A DNA stretch of 39,824 nucleotides from assembly GCA_964470965.1 (NCBI GenBank), contig CAYYIS010000045.1, positions 1 through 39,824 on the forward strand, given 5' to 3'. The DNA is from an uncultured Gemmatimonadota bacterium (GTDB lineage: Bacteria; JAAXHH01; JABIQT01). Below the pieces are notes generated by a model. The model saw nothing but the letters and a program-made list of their open reading frames with translations. It did not search any database and was not told where the DNA came from. Below are positions 27,609-37,119 of this stretch, piece by piece; position 1 is the stretch's first letter; each line of letters starts with the position of its first letter. The translations under genes and the position numbers were made by a program.

Positions 27609-28397
27609 CTACGCTCCCTCGACGGCTTTGCGAAGGTCGTTTCCATTGTCTTTCCACCAGGAATGCAGGATGCTGATATCCGTACCTATGTTAAAATGGC
27701 GTACCCCCATGTCGAGGTAGTACCTGGCCTGGTCCGGGGTTCCTATTTCCGCCCGGGGCTGCACCCCTGCCTTAAGCGCCATTTCAATGACCCGACGCTC
27801 CGTTTCTTTAACCTCGGGGGCACCCATATTACCTGCCATTCCGGTGTTTACGGAATAATCAGCCGGTCCCCATTGGATCATATCTATACCATCCATTTCA
27901 AGAATTTCTTCCAGAATTTCTACGGCGGCCTTCTTTTCGATCATGACTGCCACGACAATTTCATTTAAAGCCTGTACATATTCAGCGCCGCCACCGTAAC
28001 CCATGTAGGAAAACCTCCGAGTGGCAACACCGTATGATCCGTCTGTATCGGGGGTATCTGGACGACAGAGGCGGACGCATTCTCTGAACTCATCAGCCGT
28101 TTTACAATCTGCGAACAGTACACTCTGAAAACCGGAACCGATTGCCCGTTGGGCGAGAAAACCGCGAGACTCCGCATCAACCTTTATCATCATGCCGAGA
28201 TCGTGTATTTCCCCCGCCCGGCACAGGTGATCCAGATCATGAAGATGATACGGGGTATATTCGCCTACAAATTCCACGTAATCATATAAACCGGTGTGGC
28301 CGACAGCCTCCACGATTGAGGGCCATACGCTATGTATGTGAGTAGCGATGGAAGGCTTACCGTCTTTCAGTATTTGCCGCAATTTGTTGGGGCGCAT
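27609..28397 (-). CDS. HpcH/HpaI-family class II aldolase (2-keto-3-deoxy acid aldolase)
   Basis: It aligns along its length with HpcH/YfaU-type aldolases (MRPNKLRQILKDGKPSIATHIHSVWPSIVEAVGHTGLYDYVEFVGEY...). Length is 262 aa. Confidence 0.85.
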   Translation of the reverse strand: MRPNKLRQILKDGKPSIATHIHSVWPSIVEAVGHTGLYDYVEFVGEYTPYHLHDLDHLCRAGEIHDLGMMIKVDAESRGFLAQRAIGSGFQSVLFADCKTADEFRECVRLCRPDTPDTDGSYGVATRRFSYMGYGGGAEYVQALNEIVVAVMIEKKAAVEILEEILEMDGIDMIQWGPADYSVNTGMAGNMGAPEVKETERRVIEMALKAGVQPRAEIGTPDQARYYLDMGVRHFNIGTDISILHSWWKDNGNDLRKAVEGA

Positions 28398-28415
28398 TCT
28401 TCTCTCCTGTATCGC

Positions 28416-29255
28416 TTACTGGTTGCTACACCAAACTTTAAATTCAGCTTCCATTTCCGGCGTCCACTCACGATCTATTTCGCCCGGGGTATATTTTTCT
28501 TCCCTCAACATCTGATGGCCCCAGGCATCCCGGGTTCTTGTATCCTCTGATTGCACCACCACTTCTTCAGCGAGGTGTGCGGGGACAAAGATAACTCCCG
28601 CCCGGGTGCCAAGCACCACATCGCCCGGAATAACAGTGGCATCCCCTATTTTGATGGGAATGTTGATACCTGTCAATGTGACGTCGTTGATTGCTGTGGG
28701 ATCCACACCTCGTACATAGGTGGCCATCGGAATCTCTTGTAACCTCTGGAGGTCCCGGATCCCGCCGTCGATCACCATTCCTGTTCCGGTTTTCGCGAAG
28801 ATCGAATTTCCGAGATTATCACCGGCAAACGTGCCGTCTTTTACTTTTCCAAACAGGTCAATTACGATGGTGTCGTTCTGTTCCATGGTATCAATGACCC
28901 AGGAATTCTGACCCCCTATACATCCCTGCTGATTCCCCTGCTCCTGTATTACATTCTGCAGGTCCGGCCTGACGGGAATAAAGGCACCGGTAACCGCGCG
29001 ACCCACCAGGGTTCTATCAGGATGAAGCATCATCCAGTCTCCGGCGAATTGATGTTTGTACCCTTTGCCTCCAATGGTCCCCCAGGCTTCTTCTATGGTA
29101 ACGGCCTTCATACGTTCCAGAATATCATCGGATACCCGCGGTCTGCCGTCTTCAAACCGGTCACCGGTCCATTCCCTGGTGATTTCTCTCAATAAATCCG
29201 GCGAGCTCAACCCAATTGCAGGAATCATGCTGTTTGCTCCCTGGTTAAACAGCAC
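28416..29255 (-). CDS. RraA-like protein, second paralog
   Basis: The RraA-family core is GDNLGNSIFAKTGTGMVIDGGIRD. The C-terminus (EFKVWCSNQ) parallels the first paralog (EFDVWKRKTSNQ). The likely start is MIPAIGLSS at 29228. Confidence 0.8.
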   Translation of the reverse strand: MLFNQGANSMIPAIGLSSPDLLREITREWTGDRFEDGRPRVSDDILERMKAVTIEEAWGTIGGKGYKHQFAGDWMMLHPDRTLVGRAVTGAFIPVRPDLQNVIQEQGNQQGCIGGQNSWVIDTMEQNDTIVIDLFGKVKDGTFAGDNLGNSIFAKTGTGMVIDGGIRDLQRLQEIPMATYVRGVDPTAINDVTLTGINIPIKIGDATVIPGDVVLGTRAGVIFVPAHLAEEVVVQSEDTRTRDAWGHQMLREEKYTPGEIDREWTPEMEAEFKVWCSNQ

Positions 29256-29383
29256 AACAGGCCAGCAGGATACAAATATTTGTCCTGAAACTGACCTGTT
29301 GTCTTGATGAAAAATAAAGATGAATCGGTATCAGTACCTTTGCATGCTCCGCCCTACGACGCCTGACGGTTAAACCGAACCTT

Positions 29384-30199
29384 CTACCGCTGGGCGTTCA
29401 GAGTACGCAAATCTATAAACGGCATGGCGTCACCGATGACCTGAGGGAAATGCCCATCCCATTTTTCGATGGCACGAAGCTGTAGCAAAGTGGGGGTAAT
29501 GGTCATACGTTGTAACCTCTGGGATTCTGCCTGCGCCTGGGCCTGCGTGATTGTTTGTTCCGCCTCGACGCGAATGCGGTCGAGATCTCTCGATGCCTTC
29601 AGGGCAGCCTGTTCCGCTGTTTGTTTCGCTTCGATGGCATCGTTGAACGTCTGTGAAAATGAGAAGTCGATGATATTGAATTCATCGACCATGATACTGA
29701 AATTACGTAATCGTTCGGTCAATAGTTCTTTAGATGTCGCTGACACTTCGGAACGGCGTGTGATTAATTCTTCTGCTGTAAACTGGGCCGTTACGGCTTT
29801 CATCGCTTCCTGAACAGCAGGGTCGATTACCCGTCCTTTGAATGACAGACCGATGTCCTGGTACAGGGTGTTCACAGCGTTCGGATCCACATGGTAATTG
29901 ACTGCGATGGTAGAAGATACGGTCTGAAGGTCCTTCGATGCCCCTGTCGCTGATGTTTCGCTCTTCTGTATCTTAACATCAACCGTGATTATGTCTTCCA
30001 CGAAGGGTATTTTAAACTGGAGCCCTTCCCCCAAAATTCCCTCCTGGACACCGCCGAACCTACTGAACACAACCCCTCGTTCACCGGGGCCAACCGTTTC
30101 GAAGGCACTCATTGCTAAGAGCACCATTCCTACTATCAAACCTATTTTTAAGATTTTTCCCGTTTGTATATTCGGCAACTGTTCATTGAACTCTGACAT
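29384..30199 (-). CDS. SPFH/band-7 (prohibitin-like) membrane protein
   Basis: An N-terminal TM helix, then the PHB domain (ERGVVFSRFGGVQEGILGEGLQFKIPFVEDIITVDVKIQ) and a coiled-coil A/Q-rich C-terminus. The ATG at 30199 has a GGAGG SD. Confidence 0.85.
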   Translation of the reverse strand: MSEFNEQLPNIQTGKILKIGLIVGMVLLAMSAFETVGPGERGVVFSRFGGVQEGILGEGLQFKIPFVEDIITVDVKIQKSETSATGASKDLQTVSSTIAVNYHVDPNAVNTLYQDIGLSFKGRVIDPAVQEAMKAVTAQFTAEELITRRSEVSATSKELLTERLRNFSIMVDEFNIIDFSFSQTFNDAIEAKQTAEQAALKASRDLDRIRVEAEQTITQAQAQAESQRLQRMTITPTLLQLRAIEKWDGHFPQVIGDAMPFIDLRTLNAQR

Positions 30200-30242
30200 C
30201 TTAACCTCCAAGATTGTGAATGTGAATGAAAAATTGATTTAC

Positions 30243-31277
30243 TCAGGCATCGTCCGCAATGCAGATCAAAGATTTTAGGGAATCGCCCGCTTGCGCTGTG
30301 AGTCGGAAGCCAACCTCCGTTTTTTCTATGGGAAACCTATGGGTGACCACCATGTCCGCCGTGACCAAGCCCATTTCGATGATATCCATCGCGGCACGCG
30401 TGTCGTCGGGACCGCATGAATAACTGCTTACCAGGCTGATTTCATTGAAATACAGGTCAAAAGGTTTAAGGTCAAGTACATCTTTCTCCGGTGTGGACAT
30501 AAAAAATAACACCGTGCCACCCTTGCCGGCGCACGCTATGCCCGACTTCATGGCGGGTATGCTGCCCGGTCCCACGATCACCACGTCTGCCATAATTCCG
30601 TCTGTTAATTCATGAACTGCTTCCTCCAGATTCCTCTCTCCGGCATGAACGACCGCATCCATGCCGAGTTCCAGCCCCTTCTCTAACCGGTACGGAACCA
30701 TGTCGGCACCGATTATCTGTTTAGCACCATAGTGTCGTGCGATGATGCCGTTTAATAGTCCCATGAATCCGAGACCGATGATCAACACAATATCACCCGG
30801 ACGGATTTGAGCCCGCCTGACAGCCTTAACGGAACATGCAACCGGTTCGATTAGCGCCGCATCGTCGAAGGACATCGCATCGGGGATTACTAAGGTATCG
30901 TTGCGCAGGTTGATCTCGGGAATGCGCACGTATTCTGCGATTGCGCCCGGGTCCAGCTGAGAACCTTTCCAGGTCGGACACATGGTATAGTTCCCACGTT
31001 GGCAAAGTCGGCACCGGAAACAGGGAGCATGGTGATGAATAAATACCCTGTCTCCCGGTTTGTACATATCGACTTCTGCGCCCACCGCTTCTATTACCCC
31101 CGACGGTTCGTGTCCAATGACGATCGGGGCTTTCCTTCTTATGTACCAAGGCGTTACATCACCACTGCAGATACCGCACCGTCTCATGTGAACCAGGGCA
31201 TCTCTTGGACCCGGTTCCGGGACCGGCATATCTTCCAGTCTGATGTCATCTATATCGTAAACTTTTATTGCTTTCAT
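30243..31277 (-). CDS. Zn-dependent alcohol/polyol dehydrogenase (MDR family, threonine/sorbitol dehydrogenase-like)
   Basis: The catalytic Zn motif is GHEPSGVIEAVG, the structural Zn Cys cluster is CFRCRLCQRGNYTMC, and an NAD-binding GLGFMG motif is present. Confidence 0.9.
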   Translation of the reverse strand: MKAIKVYDIDDIRLEDMPVPEPGPRDALVHMRRCGICSGDVTPWYIRRKAPIVIGHEPSGVIEAVGAEVDMYKPGDRVFIHHHAPCFRCRLCQRGNYTMCPTWKGSQLDPGAIAEYVRIPEINLRNDTLVIPDAMSFDDAALIEPVACSVKAVRRAQIRPGDIVLIIGLGFMGLLNGIIARHYGAKQIIGADMVPYRLEKGLELGMDAVVHAGERNLEEAVHELTDGIMADVVIVGPGSIPAMKSGIACAGKGGTVLFFMSTPEKDVLDLKPFDLYFNEISLVSSYSCGPDDTRAAMDIIEMGLVTADMVVTHRFPIEKTEVGFRLTAQAGDSLKSLICIADDA

Positions 31278-31292
31278 AAAACCGAATACGCA

Positions 31293-32318
31293 TCACGGAA
31301 TGATCGCATATTTTATAGAACTTCCCGTGATGAGACTCTCGAATACCTCCTGTAGATCTTGCAGTGTACGGTCAGCGGATATTAGCGGAGATACATTTAT
31401 TTCCCGGTTGCAGAGATAATCGCAGGACTTTTTTACAGCGGCCGGGTTGAAATGAAATACACCCTTGAGGGTGATCTGGTCGTAATGGAGACGTGCGGTG
31501 TCAAATGTAGCAGTGGTGCCCGAGGGACAACCCCCAAAAAGTATCACGTTGCCACCCCTGGAAACCATCTCCGTGGCCTGCTCCCAAACGGCTGGCAGCC
31601 CCGTGCATTCAATTACGAGCGGGGCACCCATACCATCAGTTTCCGCCGTAATGCGAGAGACCGGGTCCTCGCGTTGACTGTCGATTGTAACGTCCGCGCC
31701 TACCATGCGCGCCAGGTCCAGCCGAAAGGAATGGTGGCCGGACACGATAATTTTCCCGGCCCCCATAGCCTTTGCTACCATGATATGTAAAAGGCCGATA
31801 GCACCGGCGCCGATTATCACTACAGTGGACTGCGGTTGCAGGGCGACGGATTCCATACCGTAAACCACACAGGACAAGGGCTCAAGTATTGCCGCCTCCC
31901 TGAAACTCAGGTGGTCCGGCTTGTGGAACGTGTTCCTCCGTACGATTTCTGCGGGTAACTTGAGGTATTCCGCATAGGCGCCCAGTACCTTCGTTTCCAT
32001 CATGGTGGGGCATAGATTCTCGAGCTGCCGTGAACAATATATACACGCTCCGCACGGGGCTGTGTGGACCGCCATAACGGAATCCCCGGGAGAGAACCTG
32101 GTTACATCCTTTCCGACTTCTGCTACTTCACCGGCGAATTCATGCCCGAACACGGTGGGCATGGGCATCAGCGGATGACCTCTGCGAAACGCCTTCAAAT
32201 CCGTCCCGCACGTCAGGGCAGCCTTGATCTGAATGAGTATTTCCCCATCTGAAATTTCAGGTGGGTCGATTTCCCGGAGTTCAATTCGTCCCGGTTCAAT
32301 GAGGACAGAGGCAAGCAA
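31293..32318 (-). CDS. Zn-dependent alcohol/polyol dehydrogenase, second tandem paralog
   Basis: GHEFAGEVAEVG, CGACIYCSRQLENLC and GAGAIG motifs. The start is TTG. Confidence 0.85.
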   Translation of the reverse strand: MLASVLIEPGRIELREIDPPEISDGEILIQIKAALTCGTDLKAFRRGHPLMPMPTVFGHEFAGEVAEVGKDVTRFSPGDSVMAVHTAPCGACIYCSRQLENLCPTMMETKVLGAYAEYLKLPAEIVRRNTFHKPDHLSFREAAILEPLSCVVYGMESVALQPQSTVVIIGAGAIGLLHIMVAKAMGAGKIIVSGHHSFRLDLARMVGADVTIDSQREDPVSRITAETDGMGAPLVIECTGLPAVWEQATEMVSRGGNVILFGGCPSGTTATFDTARLHYDQITLKGVFHFNPAAVKKSCDYLCNREINVSPLISADRTLQDLQEVFESLITGSSIKYAIIP

Positions 32319-32456
32319 AACGGTAAAATTCCGGTTCGAGTGAAAACAGCTGGCAAACGAAGTTTTTACGACGCTAAATCTATACTAATAATCGAACAAT
32401 CGCAAACTTTTTTAATTTTCTGTTTAAATCACGGTGTATTGGTACTTTATAATTCA

Positions 32457-32485
32457 TTGATCTTAACCATAACACGGTATATAAT
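32457..32485 (+). promoter_or_regulatory. Sigma70-like promoter candidate for the solute-binding-protein operon
   Basis: TTGATC, a 17-nt spacer, then TATAAT in a 220-nt AT-rich divergent intergenic region, about 55 nt upstream of the probable ATG at 32541. Confidence 0.3.
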
Positions 32486-32540
32486 ACCTTTACAGTCGGT
32501 TATTATTCAGGCTTACTATTACCTTACAGGTAGGTTTAAG

Positions 32541-34235
32541 ATGATCCGCGCCGTGTTGTTATCCCTGGTTTTATTGCCGGTAGATGTTTTGGTGGCGCAG
32601 AATGACGATGTGAATACGGCCGGTAGGAGGATGCCCGGGAATGCAGCGCCGCTTTCAGACCAGGTATACCGTTACCTCAGCTTCGAACCGGTCAGCCTTG
32701 ACATCGGCGTGACCTTGTATCAGTCAAGTGAGAGCGAATTCATGTATGACCGGCTCTGTATGTTGAACTATAAGAATGAGCTTGTACCGGGCGCTGCTGA
32801 TAGGTGGGAGGTGTCAGCGGACGGATTGACCTGGACATTCTATCTTCGAAAGACAGCAAGGTGGAGCGACGGGCGACCGGTTACGGCCCATGATTTCGAG
32901 TGGAGCTTTAAAAGGTTTATCCACCCCGGCAGTGGGAATGTTTATGCCTCGTTCTATTACGATATCAAAGGGGCAAAAGCCCATGTTCAGCGTGAGAATA
33001 TGGATCCCGGCTCCATCGGGGTAAACGCCCTGGACGACCACACTCTGAAAATCGAAACCGAAACCCCGTGTGCCTATCTGCCCTATCTGCTCGCTTATCC
33101 AACGTCAGCGCCGGCCCCGCGGTGGCAGGTTGAGAAATATGGAAATAAATGGACGCTCCCCGGAAACTGGGTTGGTAATTCTAGCTATCAGCTTGAGACC
33201 TGGCGTACCGGGCAGTCCATGTCGTTCGTGCCGAACCCGTATTATGAGGGGCCGCTTAAAGGATACCTGGAACGAATCGTGCGGGTCTTTACTGAATCGG
33301 GGAGGTCTGCAGGCGATATAGGATTGCTGCCCTATGAAAATCACGAAATAGATATGGCCGAAGTACATCCGACAGATATTAGTCGCATACTGGCCGATCC
33401 TGAATTGAAGGATGAACTCGTTAAGTTTCCACGCTATATGACAACCTATCTGTTTTTCCGGACCCGGGAGAAGCCCTTTGATGATAAAAGGGTCAGGCAG
33501 GCGTTCAGTCACGCCATTGACCGTAAACAATTGGCGAAGGTGGTATTACAGGAAATAGCTGTGCCTGCGTACACGATGCTTCCGCCTGGTTTTCCGGGAT
33601 ACGTCGGGGACAGATATGATGATATTCAGAAACATGATCCCAAACGGGCACGCAAACTGATGGCCGAGGCCGGTTATCCAAAGGGACGCGGATTTCCAAA
33701 ATTGGAAATGTGGATAGTGAATTCACAGAGAATCCCTACGAATACCGTGTCCCAGGCGGTTCAGGGTATGATAAATCAAACGCTCGGAACGGATATAAAA
33801 ATCCGAATTTCGGAAAGCCGTTCCTATCGGGAAGCCATGTTTAACTGGGATCTGCCTTTAAGCATCTCCACCTTCGATTTCGATTTTCCGGACCCCCACA
33901 GCCTGCTCGGTATGGTGTGGCGTTCAAGGCCCCAGGGTGTCGGACGGCACGATTGGACCAATTCCTACTTCGATGCCTTGATCGATCAGGCGGGGCGGAC
34001 GATGAACACGAAGGATAGGATGGTTATATACGACGAGGCGGAACGGATTCTAGCTACGGATGTGGGAGGTGTGTTCCTGTTTCACAGCTTTGCTACAAGG
34101 GTTCGGAAACCGTGGATGAAAGGCTATCTCAAGGACAAGCAAGGCTATTATCCGTTTTATCACAACAATTCGTCCTACATGGATATATATATCGGTGACA
34201 ACGTTATACCTAGAAATGGGGAAGGATTAAACTGA
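32541..34235 (+). CDS. ABC-type solute-binding protein, family 5 (peptide/oligopeptide/nickel type), periplasmic
   Basis: SBP_bac_5-like throughout. The start was trimmed to MIRAVLLSLVLLPVDVLVAQ, a signal peptide with no lipobox. The ORF track's upstream extension is unlikely. Confidence 0.85.
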   Translation: MIRAVLLSLVLLPVDVLVAQNDDVNTAGRRMPGNAAPLSDQVYRYLSFEPVSLDIGVTLYQSSESEFMYDRLCMLNYKNELVPGAADRWEVSADGLTWTFYLRKTARWSDGRPVTAHDFEWSFKRFIHPGSGNVYASFYYDIKGAKAHVQRENMDPGSIGVNALDDHTLKIETETPCAYLPYLLAYPTSAPAPRWQVEKYGNKWTLPGNWVGNSSYQLETWRTGQSMSFVPNPYYEGPLKGYLERIVRVFTESGRSAGDIGLLPYENHEIDMAEVHPTDISRILADPELKDELVKFPRYMTTYLFFRTREKPFDDKRVRQAFSHAIDRKQLAKVVLQEIAVPAYTMLPPGFPGYVGDRYDDIQKHDPKRARKLMAEAGYPKGRGFPKLEMWIVNSQRIPTNTVSQAVQGMINQTLGTDIKIRISESRSYREAMFNWDLPLSISTFDFDFPDPHSLLGMVWRSRPQGVGRHDWTNSYFDALIDQAGRTMNTKDRMVIYDEAERILATDVGGVFLFHSFATRVRKPWMKGYLKDKQGYYPFYHNNSSYMDIYIGDNVIPRNGEGLN

Positions 34236-34255
34236 CACCCGGGAGTTTCCCAATC

Positions 34256-35950
34256 ATGTGCATTACAATCAGACTGTATAGACCGATGTTACTGCTGTTC
34301 CTGTTCAGTATCATGCTGGCGTGCGATCCGGCCGATCAGGTTCAGGAAACGGTAGTTAATTCGATCGGGAGAGAGCTCCCGCCAGATGCAGTTCCTGTTG
34401 AACAACAGGTCTTCAGGTATATGTTCCGGGAACCGACAACCCTCGACATCAGTGTTGCTACTTATGAAGCGGATGGAACATTTTTCGCGTTTGAACGCCT
34501 GCTGCTGCTCGATGAGAACAACATTCTCGTACCGGGAGCAGCCGACAGATGGGAATCCTCACCAGACGGTAAAACATGGACCTTTCACCTGCGATCCGGG
34601 GCTAAATGGAGTGACGGGCGTCCGGTTACCGCCCAAGACTTCGAATATTCATTCCGGCGAATGCTCGATCCCGCCAGTGGAAACACATATGCTTTTCTGT
34701 ACTACGACATCAAAGGTGGAAGGGATTTTAACCAGGGTGATGGCACCAATCCTGAAATCCTGGGCGTTAGTGCTCCCAATGATTCGACCTTTATTATTGA
34801 CACGGAAGGTCCCTGTCCCTACCTGCCGTATATCGTTTCGTTTATAACATCATCTCCGGTGCCAAAGTGGCAAGTGGAGAAATATGGAAAAAAGTGGACA
34901 GAGCCAGAAAACATAGTGAGTAACTTCACCTATAAAATGGTTGAATGGAACCACGGTTCCGACATGACATTCGCTCTAGATAGAAATTACAACGGTCCCC
35001 ATGCGGCATTTCTTGAAAAGATCATCGTTAAATTTATCGGTAGTCAAAGGCCTGGAACCCTGACCTATGAAAACGGTGAGGTGGATGCTTACAGGCTGGA
35101 CCCTCTGGATTACGCGTCTGTTGCGCGCGACCCCAATCTCATGGATGAAGTTCACAGGTATCAGGAGTTTACCACATGGTATCTGTTTTTCAATACGCGG
35201 GAGAAACCCTATAGCGATCTTCGGGTCAGGCAGGCCATCGCACGCGCTATCGACCGTGATCTTCTGTGTCAACGTGTGCTGAACGACCTGGCGATCCCCG
35301 CATATACCATGCTGCCGCCCGGTTTTCCGGGATATGCCGGTGACGAATTAAAAGGTATACAGAATTACGATCCCGAGATCGCAAAGCAGTTACTCGCCGA
35401 AGCCGGGTATCCGGGGGGAAAAGGATTTCCCGAATCTGAGTTCTGGCTTCGTGTGGCGGATACAAATATCAACAAGATCGCCGGCGAAGCGATCGAGGCC
35501 ATGCTGAGGGAGACCCTCGGGATCAAGGTGAAGGTGCGATATCAACAGCGGACGGTGTACAACGACAATTTGTACCAGTGGACCATTCCCATCGGTATGC
35601 TCGCCTTCGCATATGACTACCCGGACCCTTCTAACATGTTGGCCCTTCTGTGGCGTTCGCAGCCTAAAAAATACGGACGACATGATTGGCAGAATTCAAT
35701 GTTTGACGAACTTGTTGACGAGGCCAATACGGAAATGAATCCTACTCGGAGATACGAGTTATATGCGCAGGCTGAACAGGTGCTGGCGGAAGATGTGGGA
35801 GCGGTCTTCCTGTTCCATCCCATCAATATAGAGCTTAGAAAGCCATATCTCAAAGGTTTGAAGAAAAGCTCAAAGGGTGAAGATGTTCCCCTCATATCCA
35901 TACAGACCGTCAATTTCCCAAGTGTATACATCGGCAACCAACAACCATGA
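34256..35950 (+). CDS. ABC-type solute-binding protein, family 5, lipoprotein paralog
   Basis: A paralog of the preceding gene, with colinear blocks (GAADRWE, WSDGRPVTA.DFE, PAYTMLPPGFPGY, FLFH). The N-terminus MLLLFLFSIMLAC has an L-A-C lipobox. Confidence 0.85.
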   Translation: MCITIRLYRPMLLLFLFSIMLACDPADQVQETVVNSIGRELPPDAVPVEQQVFRYMFREPTTLDISVATYEADGTFFAFERLLLLDENNILVPGAADRWESSPDGKTWTFHLRSGAKWSDGRPVTAQDFEYSFRRMLDPASGNTYAFLYYDIKGGRDFNQGDGTNPEILGVSAPNDSTFIIDTEGPCPYLPYIVSFITSSPVPKWQVEKYGKKWTEPENIVSNFTYKMVEWNHGSDMTFALDRNYNGPHAAFLEKIIVKFIGSQRPGTLTYENGEVDAYRLDPLDYASVARDPNLMDEVHRYQEFTTWYLFFNTREKPYSDLRVRQAIARAIDRDLLCQRVLNDLAIPAYTMLPPGFPGYAGDELKGIQNYDPEIAKQLLAEAGYPGGKGFPESEFWLRVADTNINKIAGEAIEAMLRETLGIKVKVRYQQRTVYNDNLYQWTIPIGMLAFAYDYPDPSNMLALLWRSQPKKYGRHDWQNSMFDELVDEANTEMNPTRRYELYAQAEQVLAEDVGAVFLFHPINIELRKPYLKGLKKSSKGEDVPLISIQTVNFPSVYIGNQQP

Positions 35951-37110
35951 TTTATATCGATGAACAAGACACCGTCGATTTGTTGAAATCGCTGATTCGC
36001 ATCGACTCCGTCAATCCTGAATTGATGCCGGGTGGACCGGGTGAAGCGGAAATTGCGGCGTTTATCCAGGAATTCATGGTTGAAGCCGGACTGGAAGTAC
36101 ATGTTCAACAGGCGGTGCCAGGAAGGCCCAATGTCATTGGAATTCTCCGCGGAAACGATCCGGTTAACGGGCATTCCTTGATGCTCAACGGTCACACCGA
36201 TACCGTGGGAAGCGGGAAAATGGAAATCCCTCCGTTCGATCCTGTTGAACAGGACGGCCGGATTTTCGGCAGGGGGGCAGCGGATATGAAATCCGGTGTT
36301 GCCGCGATGTTATCCGCGGCTAAGGCTGTTGCCAATTCCGGTGTCCCGTTACGGGGGGACCTGATCGTTGCTGCGGTGGTCGACGAGGAATATGCGAGTA
36401 TTGGCACGGAAGCCCTCGTCAAGGAATTCACGGCTGACGCTGCCATTGTAACCGAGCCTACGGACTTGAATATTACGGTCGCTCATAAAGGGTTTGCATG
36501 GATTGACATCAATACATCGGGACATGCTGCCCATGGGAGTGATCCTGCAGAAGGGGTCGACGCCATCATGATGATGGCGGATGTGCTTCAGAAATTACGA
36601 TCGTTTGATCAGAACGTTCTTAGGAACAGATCCCATCCGATCCTCAGTCCCCCATCGCTCCATGCGTCGGTGATCGACGGTGGTAAAGAGTTGAGCACCT
36701 ATCCCGATTCCTGCAGACTGCAGGTGGAACGTCGGACCGTACCAGGTGAATCACGGGAGTCTGTAGCCGCAGAAATTGACAGTATCCTTCTGGATTGTCA
36801 GTCTGACAATGGGGAATTCAAGGCAGTATCTGACATCTTCTTCTACCGCGAATCCTTGGAAATCGATCGTGATGAGGAGATAGTTCGGACTTTACACCAT
36901 CACGTAGCTGATGTAACCGGTGAAATACCTGAATACAATGGAAGCGCCGGTTGGATGGATTCCGGGATTTTGTGTAAATCGGGTATTCCGACGGTAATCT
37001 TCGGCCCCGGAGGGGACGGGTTTCACGCAGCAGTAGAGTATGCGGACCGCAAATCTCTTCTGGCGTGTTCCAAGGTGTTGGCAGAGACCATTGAAACCTT
37101 TTGCGGATAG
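35947..37110 (+). CDS. M20-family metallopeptidase / deacylase (ArgE/DapE-like)
   Basis: HTDTV, GAADMKSG and the downstream E/H metal ligands. The start overlaps the SBP stop as ATGA. Confidence 0.85.
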   Translation: MIYIDEQDTVDLLKSLIRIDSVNPELMPGGPGEAEIAAFIQEFMVEAGLEVHVQQAVPGRPNVIGILRGNDPVNGHSLMLNGHTDTVGSGKMEIPPFDPVEQDGRIFGRGAADMKSGVAAMLSAAKAVANSGVPLRGDLIVAAVVDEEYASIGTEALVKEFTADAAIVTEPTDLNITVAHKGFAWIDINTSGHAAHGSDPAEGVDAIMMMADVLQKLRSFDQNVLRNRSHPILSPPSLHASVIDGGKELSTYPDSCRLQVERRTVPGESRESVAAEIDSILLDCQSDNGEFKAVSDIFFYRESLEIDRDEEIVRTLHHHVADVTGEIPEYNGSAGWMDSGILCKSGIPTVIFGPGGDGFHAAVEYADRKSLLACSKVLAETIETFCG

Positions 37111-37119
37111 ATAATTCCA

